In this document: positions 42,420-56,094 of the stretch, piece after piece
Layout: the number at the start of each line of letters is the position of its first letter
Position numbering within the stretch: the first letter of the stretch is position 1
Origin: Octopus vulgaris
Taxonomy: Eukaryota
Assembly: GCA_951406725.2 (NCBI GenBank)
Contig: OX597833.1
Coordinates: forward strand, 35,836,001-35,900,000
DNA length: 64,000 nt
Reading direction: 5' to 3'
Made by a program: the position numbers and the translations under genes
Notes under the pieces: model-generated
Seen by the model: only the letters and a program-made list of their open reading frames with translations
What the model was told of the DNA's origin: nothing
Database searches by the model: none

Positions 42420-43480
42420 GAATCTACATGTTTGAATAGTTTCCTTTTTTTTTTGAGATACATTCTCCTCGAGTGATACCCAGTGTGTGTGAATTGGCAT
42501 ATCCTAGATTATGGTCTCCATCATTTTCTGAGGCCATTTCAGGTGTATTTTTACGCCATAGTTTCCTACTATTCGTTAATGCTGACATAACTACCAGTAT
42601 ATGAAAGTACATGTAATTTCTTGGTTAAGACTAAACAGTCAAGAATGATATGGTTAATTGTTTCTTTCTCACCTACATATATTCTCTACATATTCTGCAT
42701 CGTTGCATGCTTATTATTATTATTACTATTATTATTTTTTTCTGGTAGAAAAGCTTTAATGTTGTACCACAACTAACACTATGATATTTATTTATCCGCC
42801 ACCCACACAATTGTTCATTTCTTTTTAAGGTATGAACCTGGTAGAGCTTTTCTTTCCATCTCTTTCGCATGATATTATGTAGCTCTCTTTTTAGCTTAGT
42901 CTTTAAGCCTCATCTTAATCTCTGTTACTGTTTCTCCCTTTCATGACAACTGTTCATCATTTCAACTTCTGTCTTGGCTTCTAGGGAGACGGCAAATTCG
43001 TATTTTCCAGTTATTTACATTAGTATTTCATTATTATTTACCAGATATTTTTACAGTCCTACTTCTCTGTATTCGTAGTAAATAAATTTTTATATGACAG
43101 ATGCTATAGACATTTTCACAATGCAGTCATATTTCTCTTTTCTTTTTTTGAATAGACTTGTTAATTAATTTAGCGTCCAGTTGAGATTATTACTAAAACT
43201 TATCAATTCAAAGTATTCAAGTTTGTTATAACTGTTTTTTTTCTTTTGTATGCCTTTGACTCTATTTTAAGTCTAACAAAAACGCGTCAGTAATATTCTT
43301 TCCTAACCTCTCCTTTCATGTGTGTGTTGTATTCTGTCTAGTTCATTAATTCCTAAATATTTGTAAGTATGTTTAGTCTAAGTCTCTTATCACGCTTTTT
43401 AAAAATTTTTTATATATATATTTTTATCTAACATGACATTATTGTGCTTAACTAATTTTCCTGTCTTCAAGGTTGCGCTG
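42420..43480 (-). mobile_element. Decayed R4/Dong-like LINE, same family as 1-527 (further pieces at ~44050-44900 and 45270-45645)
   Basis: 43310-43380 matches 430-510 (YKYLGI region) and 43170 matches ~300; MGLDKCA at ~45590. Confidence 0.7.
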
Positions 43481-44446
43481 AGTATGTGCTGTGTGGCTTG
43501 TGTTACATTATTTGGGTGGAAACTGTGTAGAATGTGAGTTGTTTGAGTTGCTGGTGTTATAGTGTCGGGTATCAATTATGCAGGATTATGTGTTATTTCA
43601 ATGGCGATGAATGCGTAAAATATGTGTAGTGAGAGTTTTTTTTTTTTTACGATTTCAAAAATGTTATGTACAATACGTACAGCTTGAGTTGTACTACTGA
43701 GCTGAAAACCTTTCGAGAAGAATATGAGCTGCACCTACTTTGGGGGACTTTGAATAGAACTGTGAACTCTTCTACGGCTTTTTGTGTATTCATTATATAC
43801 TTTTATTATGTCTAGTGCTCCGGTTATCACTAACATTTTCATTTTTTTTTGTCCCACATCTTGGTCGTCTAGACTATTTTAGATTCTCTTACTTTGACGA
43901 CATATCCACATACGCCAGGGCGTTGTTTGGGTCTGAAAGTACTTTTGTTCGAAATCATCAGAATTTTCTACGATTGCTTTCTCAATCTGCACAGAAAAGT
44001 TCCAATAATCGTTTCTTGCCATGCACAGGACTTTGACGTTGTTTATATAATTTATTTTATGTGTTTTCACATATAAGTATTGACATGTCGCTCATTAAGC
44101 ATAGAAGCTGGTTCCATGGTCTCTCTGCATATTGCATATGCTCATACCTGGCAAAGACTGGGTAACTAGGAATCATTTGAATGATTGTTCATCGTATTTG
44201 TTGCACCTCCCACATTAGATGTTATCATCTTTGTTTATCGTTTGTAGTTGGTTTTGACAATATATTTGATTTGCATGAACATTGCATAAAACCAGCTGAA
44301 TAATTACTGTTTTCTCTATAGTTCCATTCTTTTGAGTCGAGTCTTGCTATCATAAAATAGTTTTTCTCTTAATTTTTTCTTTACTAAATAGAACATTTAT
44401 TATTTCTAAGTTTCTCAACGAGAGACATTCAGCAACAGTACCCTAG

Positions 44447-44655
44447 AGTAAAGATTATTTGTCAACATAATGTGGTAGTCTTGGTTAGGACAAATGTTAC
44501 TGTTATTTAGCCCCAGGAAACATCGTCTCCAGTTTCTTGCCATGTACAGTACTTAGACGTTGGAAAAAGCTGGAGACGATGTTACCTGTGGCTAAAAAAT
44601 AATATCATTCGTCCTAACCAGGACTGCCATATTATGTTGGCATATAATCTTTACT
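44447..44655. mobile_element. Fold-back/MITE-like element with ~88-bp imperfect inverted arms
   Basis: 44447-44535 versus the reverse complement of 44567-44655 shows about 13 differences; ~31-bp spacer. Confidence 0.75.
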
Positions 44656-44906
44656 TTTTCTTTACAATATTTTGGCATTCCTTTTCGGCTTTGTCTTTTA
44701 AAAAATAAAAAACATCTGGCTTTTTCCTGCCTAAATCCATTTCTTCAGTAAATTAATTTCTTGTTTTGTACTTCATTGTTTCCATAGAAACAGAGAAACA
44801 TGAATTTTTCTCTTCCCGTTTCTAATCACATTAATCAGTTCAACTTTTCATTGTTTTTTCAAATCACACTGCTATTTGAATCAGAGACAGTCCTTCATTT
44901 ATCTTT

Positions 44907-45251
44907 AGCAAATCGACCCCGGGACTTATTCTTTGTAAGCCCAGTACTTATTCATCGGTCTCTTTTGCCGAATCGCTAAGAGACGGGGACGTAAACACAC
45001 CAGCATCAGTTGTCAAGCAATGCTAGGGGACAAACACACACACACAATACACACAAACACACACACACATATATATACATATATATATACGACAGGCTTC
45101 TTTCAGTTTCTGTCTACCAAATCCACTCACAAGGCATTGGTCGGCCCGGGGCTATAGCAGAAGACACTTGCCCAAGATGCCACGCAGTGGGACTGAACCC
45201 GGACCATGTGGTTGGTAAGCAAGCTACTTACCACACATCCACTCCTGCGCC
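44907..45251 (-). mobile_element. SINE family A, lacking the 3' tail
   Basis: Reverse complement of the 40831 copy. Confidence 0.88.
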
Positions 45252-45662
45252 TATATGCATAAGTTTCGGAGAGTAATAACTTAAGCTTGTTGTTACTAGT
45301 TTCTTGTTTCTGTCTTAACTTTTCCATCCAGTCAATGCAATTTTTACCTCATTATCTTGTAACTGTAATATATAACCATGATCGCTATTTTATTTATATA
45401 CATTATCTTATTTCTTGTACTGAGTTTAGCACTTAATACTTATTTGAATCTTCTCCAGTAATCGTTTCTAATGATCCTCTTGATTGTGTCGTGATATATA
45501 AGTTTATTTACTTACAAGATTTGTAACGGAAGTTTTGGTTTAATTCGGTATCCGTATCTTTAAATGTTCTGATAATATCATTAGCACATTTATCTAATCC
45601 CATTCTCAATGCTAAGTTTTATCTGAACTTACAAACAATTTCCAGTTTTACACTAATTTTTT

Positions 45663-46246
45663 AATTTCTTTATTGCCCACAAACATAGAGGGGACAAACA
45701 AGGACAGAAAAACGGATTAAGTCGATTATATCGACCCCCGGTGCGTAACTGGTTCTTATTTAATCGACCCTGAAAGAATGAAAGGTAAAGTCGACCTCGG
45801 CGGAATTTGAACTCAGAACGTAGCGGCAGACGAAATATCTATTTCTTTACTGCCCACAAGGGGCTAAACACAGAGGAGACAAACAAGGACAGGCAAACGG
45901 ATTAAGTCGATTACATCGACCCCAGTGTGTAACTGGTACTTAATTTATCAACCCCAAAAGGATGTAAGACAAAGTCGATCTCGGCAGAATTTGAACTCAG
46001 AACGTAGCGACAGACGAAATACCTATTTCTTTACTACCCACAAGGGGCTAAACACAGAGAGGACAAACAAGGACAGACAAACGGATTAAGTTGATTATAT
46101 CGACCCCAGTGCCTAACTGGTACTTATTTAATCGACCCCGAAAGGATGAAAGGCAAAGTCGACCTCGGCGGAATTTGAACTCACAACCTAACGGCAGACG
46201 AAATACGGCTACGCATTTCGCCCGGCGTGCCAGCGTTTCTGCCAGC
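45663..46246 (-). mobile_element. SINE family B head-to-tail trimer
   Basis: One head-bearing unit plus two ~184-bp units, with junctions at 46022/46023 and 45838/45839. Flanking ttttacRctaattt repeat at 45646-45659 and 46249-46262. Confidence 0.88.
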
Positions 46247-47234
46247 ATTTTTACGCTAATTTCTATTAATCAACACTCAACACTAGATTGTTCCTGGAGC
46301 GTGTGTGGTGTTGATTTTCTAGTGAATAGCAGTGTTTGTATACTATATATGTTGCTTTTTACATGGAGTGTTTTGTGTAGAATATAGGCTATGGTGGGTT
46401 GTGCTATATTCTAGCGTCAACCACTGAATATGTAGAGTATGTGCGGAGTGCTTTATATTGTGTTTCGGTGGTGGTTGATGACTGTGTTATGTTATTGGAA
46501 AACTCATTTACACTTTTTTACGTTTATGAATATGTGTTGCAAGATTCCTGATGTGAAACCTTGTATTGAAGCAGATATTGTTGTATTTCGTGATGGAAAT
46601 TTTTTATTTCATGCCAAATAGACACATGCTTTATATAGGGCGTATGTATATTTGTCAAAAGAAAAAATGACCATCCCGAAATACATCAATAATTTACACT
46701 TTCATTCGTGTTTGTATCTTTAAACTTTGCTTAACCAGACATATACACACACAGACAACTCTTCAATAACACGGTGCCAACAATATCCACGACGCCATAC
46801 TACGAATGCACACCTAAGACATTTTATGTGCATGTCAGTTTATTCTAATAGAAATTTGCTCTACTTATGTGACCAAGAGCGACACATAACACATTAATTG
46901 CAATGTTTCCTTGCTTTTCTGTAAATATAAGGCTGTGATTTCAGTCAGATATTTGTTCGCTATTTCTAGCAGATGATTCTCCAGAGAGGGATTCCCACAC
47001 TACCTTCACAAATTCAAGTCAGGATTGCCATAAACTTTTGACGACTAGTCTATTCAGCCAAAGCTGATTCATTAAAACATTATCCTTCTGTTATGGATCC
47101 TTTACTAAATATTTATAATCTATAGTCCTCTCAACTACAACTATCTAGATAGTATATCTACGTTACGCCTACTCTGTAAATTGTATAACTAGTCAATTCA
47201 TTGCCCGTTGTTTTCACGCCATATGTGAACTCAC

Positions 47235-47327
47235 CAAATTTCATTCTAATTCCAATGGAATGTTGAGTAATAGTATCTAGCTGCATCTTAATCTGGTTAC
47301 TGTTTGGTCTATTCAACTTTTGGTAGT
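47235..47327 (-). other. Candidate exon (93 nt) of an unidentified spliced transcript
   Basis: Long pyrimidine tract ttctcttctcttcttttttttgttgcag and donor G|GTGAGT in non-repeat DNA; no recognisable protein. Confidence 0.4.
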
Positions 47328-47760
47328 CTGCAACAAAAAAAAGAAGAGAAGAGAATTACTTCTTGTTTAAAAGCAACTTTTAATGGCAGACTTGATTGTG
47401 GATTTTGTAAAAGAACAAAAAACTTAGAACTTTATAGAATGCTTTCTTGCTAAACTATTGATGTATACATACTATAATCGCTCACTCACAAACAAACAGG
47501 CGCACAACATGCAGTAAGACGGAGAGGAAGCTGTGTATATACATACATACCTACATACAAATATATATTCCTATACACATGTTTATATATGAAAGTATGT
47601 ATGTATGTGTGTATATATATACATATATATATATACATATTGATGTCTATACATACATTCTATATATATGTATATATATATGGGGGTATATATATATATA
47701 TATATGAAGAAAATAAGACAAGGTAGAAAATTTTAAGATAATTTTATCATGAAGAACATT

Positions 47761-47797
47761 TTAGTACCGATTTCAGTCTTTGCGACTTTTTCAACTT
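47761..47797 (-). ncRNA. Putative minimal type I hammerhead ribozyme motif (U3-A8 variant)
   Basis: Minus strand AAG-UUGAAAA-AGUC-GCAAA-GACU-GAAA-UCGG-UA-CUAA: core, 4-bp stem II, short stem III and GUA triplet; stem I is weak. Confidence 0.55.
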
Positions 47798-48028
47798 AGA
47801 GCAAGGCACGAAAAACAATTAAATTGTGGAAAAATTAAATGAAAGTTTAAAAAAAATATTTCCATAGTTTTCAAGTGCAAGGGGCATTTTCCTTTTTTCG
47901 GTGTCTCTGTCTCTCTTTTTTACCCATGTGAGTTCTTGGTAGTATGTAGTAGGTAGTGGGTAGTAGTAGTCCTAGTCTTCTTGGTTTTCATTGTTTAAGC
48001 AACAGTAGTAGTTGAGAAAGGAGGCAGC

Positions 48029-48064
48029 GAAGAAGAAGAAGAAGAAGAAGAAGAAGAAGAAAAA

Positions 48065-48158
<94 letters not shown>

Positions 48159-48260
48159 AAGAAGAAGAAGAAGAAGAAGAAGAAGAAGAACAAGAACAAG
48201 AAGAACAAGAAGAACAAGAAGAACAAGAAGAAGAACAAGAAGAACAAGAAGAACAAGAAA
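48029..48260. repeat. (GAA)n-(TAA)n-(GAA/CAA)n compound microsatellite inside the Penelope 3' region
   Basis: Directly visible. Confidence 0.95.
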
Positions 48261-49835
48261 CATGGGAGTGATATGACAGTAGTACGATGTTGGTGGAATC
48301 CTCTTAAATGGTCAAATGACCTAAAAGTGATCTGTTGTGGTTGTAATAGTAGTGATTGGAATTGTTCTGAATAAATTCATTAGTAGTGACTATTCTGAAT
48401 ATATCGTTTTTAATATTTGCGTGGGTATTATTCTAAGACCCTTGTAGTAGTGTCATTTGTGGTGGACACATTCAGAAGGGATTTATATTTTGTGATAAAA
48501 TATGACTCTTTACTACAAGTTGCATCATCCCTGAATTTATAGAGGGAGACAATTCAGAAGCTGAGTTGTTTGTTATTGGCGCAAATGTCGATGTGTTCGC
48601 TGAATGCTATTTTTCTGCATTCCCGAATTTTGATCTGGGATTTATGTAGAACCATCCTTTGACGTAGACAATTTTTGGTTTGCCCAATTCTCTCAATATG
48701 TAGAACAAGTTAATACATATATTAAGTTCTCCGAAGCACATATGAAGTTGCTTTTCACTGTAAAACGTTGACCTTGTTTGAAAGAGAACTCCGATCATTC
48801 AATTAGGTTGACGCATATACCAGTAAGGTCTTCCGCATTTTTTTACTGACGGCTTCAGTGTTGTTTTTGAGCATACTTGGGCTTGTGTTTGGAGACTTTT
48901 CAAAGATTTGGGTTGTCTTTTGCTCTTTATGATGGTGTGCATTTGGATGATTAAATTCATTCTGTGGTCTCTTTTAGTAGGGGAATGCTTTGGAGGATGG
49001 TGTCGAATGCTTCATTTTTAAGAAAGTTATGTGTAGAGATGTATGGTAGGGCTTTTGGTTGTAAATCCTTCTTTAATTTGGGATGCCTGAGTTCGTGGAT
49101 GTTGAGTTGTAGGGCACGTTGAAAGCATATATCAATTAGTAATGATGGGTAGTTTCTGGTAATGAGTGTATCCTTTAGTTCATGTAGTCGTGTGTCCCTG
49201 GTGCTTGTATTAGAAACTATAGTACAAATCATTTTTGCTAGGATGAAGGGGATATTCATTCTAGTGTGTCTGGGATGGTTTGAGTTGAACGGTAGATATT
49301 GCTTGGGGTCCGTGGGCTTATAGTATATATATGTTTCTATTTCGTTGTTAGATTTCTTAGTGAGAATGTCGAGGAATGGTAGCTGCTGATGGGTATATTC
49401 CATCATAAGTTGAATATTTACGTCAAGTCCATTTATGTGCTTGAAATTCTTAAATCTCTCTATACTGTCATCCAGATACCTCTTCCAGTTATTTTCTTTG
49501 TAGAGGAAGAATGTGTTGCCGTATTTTTCAATACGATGAAGACTGATTTCTAGATAATCCATGATTAGGTTTGCAATGGGGGGGGGGCATTCTCGCACCC
49601 ATCGCAGTCCCCAATTTTTGTCGATAGAAATTGTCTTTGAAGACAAAGTAGTTATTCTCCAAGAGAAATTTTAGCCTTTCTTTTACGAAATCATTTTGAT
49701 GTGATGTGGGGGGTTCATATATATATATATATATATATAGATATAGATATACATGTTGTACTCATAATTGTAAGATTGTGTTTTCGATTCCTGGACCGAA
49801 CGATGCGCTGTGCTCTCGGGAAAATACATACACAT

Positions 49836-50020
49836 ACGAGGTGTAATGAAAACTTCATGGCTTTAAGGTATCACGAAAATCCTAGTTGGATACCCAGCCT
49901 TCAGTGTTCTTTTACAGGGCTTAAAAACCAGAAGGATTGCTGCAATAAATGAGTGAATCTGAGATGGAAATATGTTGAATAAAATTATAATTAACTGATC
50001 GTTCTGTATTTTCTAACCCT
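49836..50020 (+). mobile_element. Non-autonomous mariner-like fragment
   Basis: Starts TA-cgaggtgtaatgaaaa (mariner TIR-like) and contains a transposase C-terminus relic, VNLRWKYVE*. Confidence 0.5.
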
Positions 50021-50106
50021 CACTTTGCAGCATCTTCTCGTGCGGAATCTGAAGAGTCCAAACGAATGGTGTGTCGTGTATGTATGTATGTATGTATGTA
50101 TGTATG

Positions 50107-50149
<43 letters not shown>

Positions 50150-50199
50150 CACACAGGCACGTTTGTGTGTGTGTTGATCTTTTGGGTCTGTGAGATGGG

Positions 50200-50800
50200 G
50201 CTTACGATGCCCTTCACAGGCCTTTCTACACTTTGAGATTGCTACCCTTCTTCTTGAACACTTAAAAGTTAATACTTGAGGGAATTCCAGAAGGCTGATG
50301 TTGTTGGTACGTAACACACTGAGATAGAAGGTGGGTGTGGTTATTTGGTTAGGTTAGACTCAAGATGTTGACGATAGGTGGAAAAAACACTAAGTCGGGA
50401 TCGTCTGAATGAAGGTGACAAATGCTCAGCGAACAATGAGAATCGGATAATTAGAGTAGTCGTGGAAAAGATGAGAGGAGAGATACACTTCATGTGTAGA
50501 CCTGCTGCTTGGACGTATTTGCGGGATAATTTATGCTAATCGGTTCGCTGGCACGTTTCTGTATGGCACAGCAGAAGCACTGGCCCAGCTGTGATAGCAA
50601 AACTCCACTCTAAGTTTCACTCCAGCTTTATAGATATTCAGCACTTGCTGCAATCTAAAATACTTTCTGGCCCTGAAGAGAAAGATCAGTCATAGGGACA
50701 AATTACTAGCTTTGATAAAAATCTACTTTCACCAGAGGAGAGGGTCAGTGAATGTGAGGCCCAGAATTTGTCATGATTTTAAGGGCTCTTTCTGGTGCGA
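50200..50800 (-). mobile_element. Decayed CR1/Jockey-group LINE RT C-terminal fragment
   Basis: LFRARKYF..QVLNIYKAGVKLRVEFCYHSW (cf. LYKAQVRP..EYCSH.W). Confidence 0.6.
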
Positions 50801-51089
50801 TGAGCATTAATATCGATCGTGTGGTCTTACTGATGAAAGAGATAAGATTGGCATATCCATTTTGAAGACATTTCGATTGTGTAGCTCTCGTTTTTGGGGT
50901 GTCTTTACGCGTTTGACGTTCGATTTCTATGTTGCAAGTGGATGATGCAAGGTAGGGAGGGCTTTAAGAAAGTTTCAAGAAGACTGAAGAACAGTGTCAT
51001 CTGCGTTAAAATGGGAGTTGCTGGATATGGTGGTTTGTCATTGATATGTAGAAAGAAGAGAGAGGGATACAAACACTTCAAACGCTTCT

Positions 51090-51490
51090 AGCAGATAAGA
51101 GAATACTTCCACAATTTTCTTCTTCGAATCAGGTGTCAACAGTTGCCCCCACGTTGAACACATTTTCTGATATTCAAAGCCATTCACCATTCTTTATAAT
51201 GCATTGTAAGCACAGTGTAGTTGTGTGGAACGCTCTCGGATTCTGACTCATCTACCTCTTCCAATCAATTCGTTCACAAGCTGGCGATTTTTATCAGTGG
51301 TCACAGTTAATGTGCTCCCACTGCTTGATTTGTCTTTCATGTTGGTTTTCCTTCTTTAAACTTCCTCTGTCTTTACACATTGTCCTTGTCAACAGTATCA
51401 CTTGAGTAAACAACTCCTAACGCTCTGTGTATGTCTGAGATCTTGCAACTCCCTTTCAGGAAGAACTCAATTACGGCGTGTTGCTACTGC
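51090..51490 (-). mobile_element. Mariner transposase N-terminal (HTH) remnant
   Basis: QHAVIEFFLK..SDIHRALGVVY..V..RKFKEG..D..SSGS..VTTDKNRQLVNELI. Confidence 0.65.
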
Positions 51491-52173
51491 ATCCATTGAA
51501 GAACAGAAAGAAGAGTTACTATACAGGCAGGGTTTAGTCAACCAACGTATTTTGAAAGACCTATGTTACCATACCAACTTTTGCATTACTCTCGGAACGG
51601 ATTCGTAGAGACGACCAACTGGCAGAAGCTTAGCACGTTAGGTTTCTTGGCAGTGCCTTATGCTTTGAGCTCAAATTCAACCGGTATCTACTTCCCTTTC
51701 GCTCCTTTCTTGGTTTATAAATATATCACTGATGCTGAAACCAATCGTTCTCTTTCTTTCTATGTATTTCTTTCGCTTCTTATGGAAGAAATACACTATC
51801 AAACCTGAGGGTAGGGTATAGACGCACCAACACCTGTTGACAAGCGTTAGTGGGCGACAAGCATGGACACAATGAGGCGCAAACAGATATATATATATGT
51901 ATACACACACACATAAAACACATACACACACGCGCACACACACACGCACACACACGCGCAAACACATGGCGTATATATAAATATATATATACGCCATGGT
52001 TCTTTCAGTTTCCGCCTACCAGATCGACTCACAAGGCTTTGGTCGCCCGAGGTTATGCTAGAAGACACTTGCCCAAGGTGCCATGGATTGTTACCGAACC
52101 CGGAAGCATATGGTTGATAAGCATGCTACTTAGCACACAACCGCTTCTGCGTCTAGCCAACTTGCGCAGATGC

Positions 52174-52263
<90 letters not shown>

Positions 52264-52270
<7 letters not shown>

Positions 52271-52454
52271 AATTAAGGACTGAACACGAAAATCGCCATT
52301 TTCCACAAATCGCCATTCTCCACAAAAGATTATGTTCTCAAATCAAACTGAGTTTGATTTGAGAACATAATCTTTTGTGGAGAATGGCGATTTGACGTCT
52401 ATATCTAGCATGTTGACTGTCCACTTTTCGTGTTCAGTCCTTAATTGGTATATA
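52264..52454. repeat. Nested palindrome embedded in (TA)n
   Basis: Perfect 44-bp arms at 52306-52349 / 52351-52394 (1-nt centre), inside outer 28-bp arms at 52264-52291 / 52425-52452. Confidence 0.92.
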
Positions 52455-52560
52455 TAAATAATTTAATCTTCGGATTCTTTTTTTTATATGCTAGACAACT
52501 GGTTTTAAATTGATAAATATCAATTTCTACCCTTAATTAATTTTATATATATATATATAT

Positions 52561-53055
<495 letters not shown>

Positions 53056-53357
53056 GCGGTGCTCCAGCATGGCCGCAGTCAAGATGACTGAAATAAATAG
53101 AAGAATAAAAGAAAATATATATGTATATATATACATACATATATATATATATATATGTAGATTCATATATGTACAAATGGTGGTAAAAGCAAGGAAAAAA
53201 AACTTCAGATATGAGTTTATCTATATTTTTATTAATATTTGGCAGAAGCAACAGAGTGATTCAAGGGTCGAGAAATTCGTGCGTTGGCACTTAACAATCC
53301 GATAGGTATCAACGCACGAATCTTTCGACTTTTGAGTCACTCTTTTGCTTTTCCTAA

Positions 53358-53405
<48 letters not shown>

Positions 53406-53981
53406 CTTTATTCTTTTATTTATTTGACTGCGGCCATGCTGGAGCACCGCCTAGTAGTCGAAGAAATCGATTCCAGGACTTTTTGTAAGCCTAGTACTTA
53501 TTCTATCGGTTTCTTTTGCCGAACCTCTAGTTACTGGGGCATAAACATACCAGTACTGGATGCCAAGTGATGGTGTAGAGACAAACATACACATACACAA
53601 CACACACACTCACAAATACACACACATGCCTATCTATGTATCTCTCTATCTATCTATAAATGTATATAAAATTTTTAACATAGGATAGAACCTTTATCAG
53701 AGCTTACCAAGTAGTTAGCGTGAAAAAACCTCATAAGGGAAAAAATTATAATTATTCCACATAAATATATATATATATATATATATTTATAATTAATCAA
53801 TATAGGGTGGCAAAAAAAAAAAAAAAAATTTTGTAGAATTTTTTTGCCACCAGCGGCCTACAGGGTAAATGTTTTTTTTAATTTTCTCCTGGTTTACGGA
53901 ATTAATGTTATTTTGCGGTTAAAGCTTTGGCTGTTATTTCTAGTGGGTGAATGGCCTATTATGGCCGTTCCTTGATTGTGA

Positions 53982-54025
<44 letters not shown>

Positions 54026-54445
54026 GTATGTATATATATATATATATATATATGTATATGTATGTATATATATTATATGTATATGTATGTATGTATATAC
54101 GACAGGCTTCTTTCAGTTTCTCTTTCAGTTAGGGGTGGCCCGAGGCCGTAGTACAGGGCACTTGCCCAAGGTGCTACGCAGAGGGACTCCACCCAGAAGC
54201 ATGTAGTTAGCAAACCATTTTCCAACAGCCACTCCTGCGCCAATATGACGGGCTACTTTTCAGTTTCCGTCTACCAAAGACACTCACTAGACATTAGCCG
54301 GCCCGAGGCTATAGTAGAAGACACCTGCTCATAATGCCAAGCAGTGGGACTGAACCCGGAGCCATGTGGTTGGGAAGCTAGCTTCATACAATCCAGCTAG
54401 CCTGTGCCTGTATGTATTTATGTATGTAAATATATACATATACAT

Positions 54446-54478
<33 letters not shown>

Positions 54479-54495
54479 TAGATATATATATATAG

Positions 54496-54545
<50 letters not shown>

Positions 54546-54600
54546 CTTTATTTTTATTTATATTTATTTGTATGTATGTATGTATTTATATGCATATATC

Positions 54601-54651
<51 letters not shown>

Positions 54652-54774
54652 CTTTATTTTTATTTATATTTGTTTGTATGTATGTATGTATTTATATACA
54701 TATATCTATATACATATATATATATTTATATATATATATACATATCTCTAGGTAGCCCTCGGGTATATATATAT

Positions 54775-55092
54775 ACCGCCTTTAATCGAGCAAAACGACC
54801 CCAGGACTTATTCTTCGTAAGAATAAGTTACAGGGACGTGGACACACCAGCATCGGTTATCAAGCGATGTTGGAGGGGGGGGACAAGCACAGACACACAA
54901 ACATATACACACACATATATATACACATATATGACGGGCTTCTTTCAGTTTCCGTCTACCAAACCCACTCACAAGGCTTTGGTCGGCCCGAGGCTATAGT
55001 AGAAGACACTTGCCCAAGGTGCCACGCAGCGGGAATGAACCCGGAACCATGTGGTTAGTAAGCAAGCTACTTACCACGTAGCCACTCCTGCG
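54775..55092 (-). mobile_element. SINE family A, with deletions
   Basis: Reverse complement of the 40831 copy. Confidence 0.85.
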
Positions 55093-55101
55093 ATTTATAT
55101 G

Positions 55102-55175
<74 letters not shown>

Positions 55176-55283
55176 CACACTCATATATACATATATATGT
55201 ACGCATATTTGCGTATGTATTCAAATATGCATATAGGTATATAAATATGTATGTACATGTGTGTGTGTACGTGTGTGTATATT

Positions 55284-55431
<148 letters not shown>

Positions 55432-55578
55432 TCGCTAATCGGGAGGTACTCTTAAAATCAAAACTACCATAATATGTGTTTATTATGGTAGTTTTGACAT
55501 TAGGGTCCCGCCTAGCGTGAGGCATTTGTATATAGTAATACCCTTAATATAACTAAATATATTTAAAGAGAATAATTA

Positions 55579-55932
<354 letters not shown>

Positions 55933-56094
55933 AATGTAAATGTATTTCTATTTCTATTTCTATGTCTTGTTATATTTGTACTATATTAATGTATAATATC
56001 ATTGCTATTGTGTAGTGGTTTAATAAAGTATTGATTGGGTATTATCTGATAGTTGATGATTGATTTAGATATATTTCTCCATTTTCTCATTTTG

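Larger units (their letters stand above)
47705..49700 (-). mobile_element. Penelope-like element (RT plus GIY-YIG endonuclease plus 3' pLTR-like region), decayed
   Basis: WKRYLDD, LPFLDI, YYKPTD..QYL.FNSNHP and L..RNYP (PLE RT), then KCGRP.., FICASENLIYVLTC and KESYFI.KY..LLN (GIY-YIG). Terminates in (TA)n at about 47705. Confidence 0.88.

Noticed and set aside
50049-50076. CUGAAGA-GU-CCAA-AC-GAA hammerhead-like string
   Set aside because: A15.1 is missing, stems I and III are not supported, and it is on the opposite strand to the adjacent Penelope.
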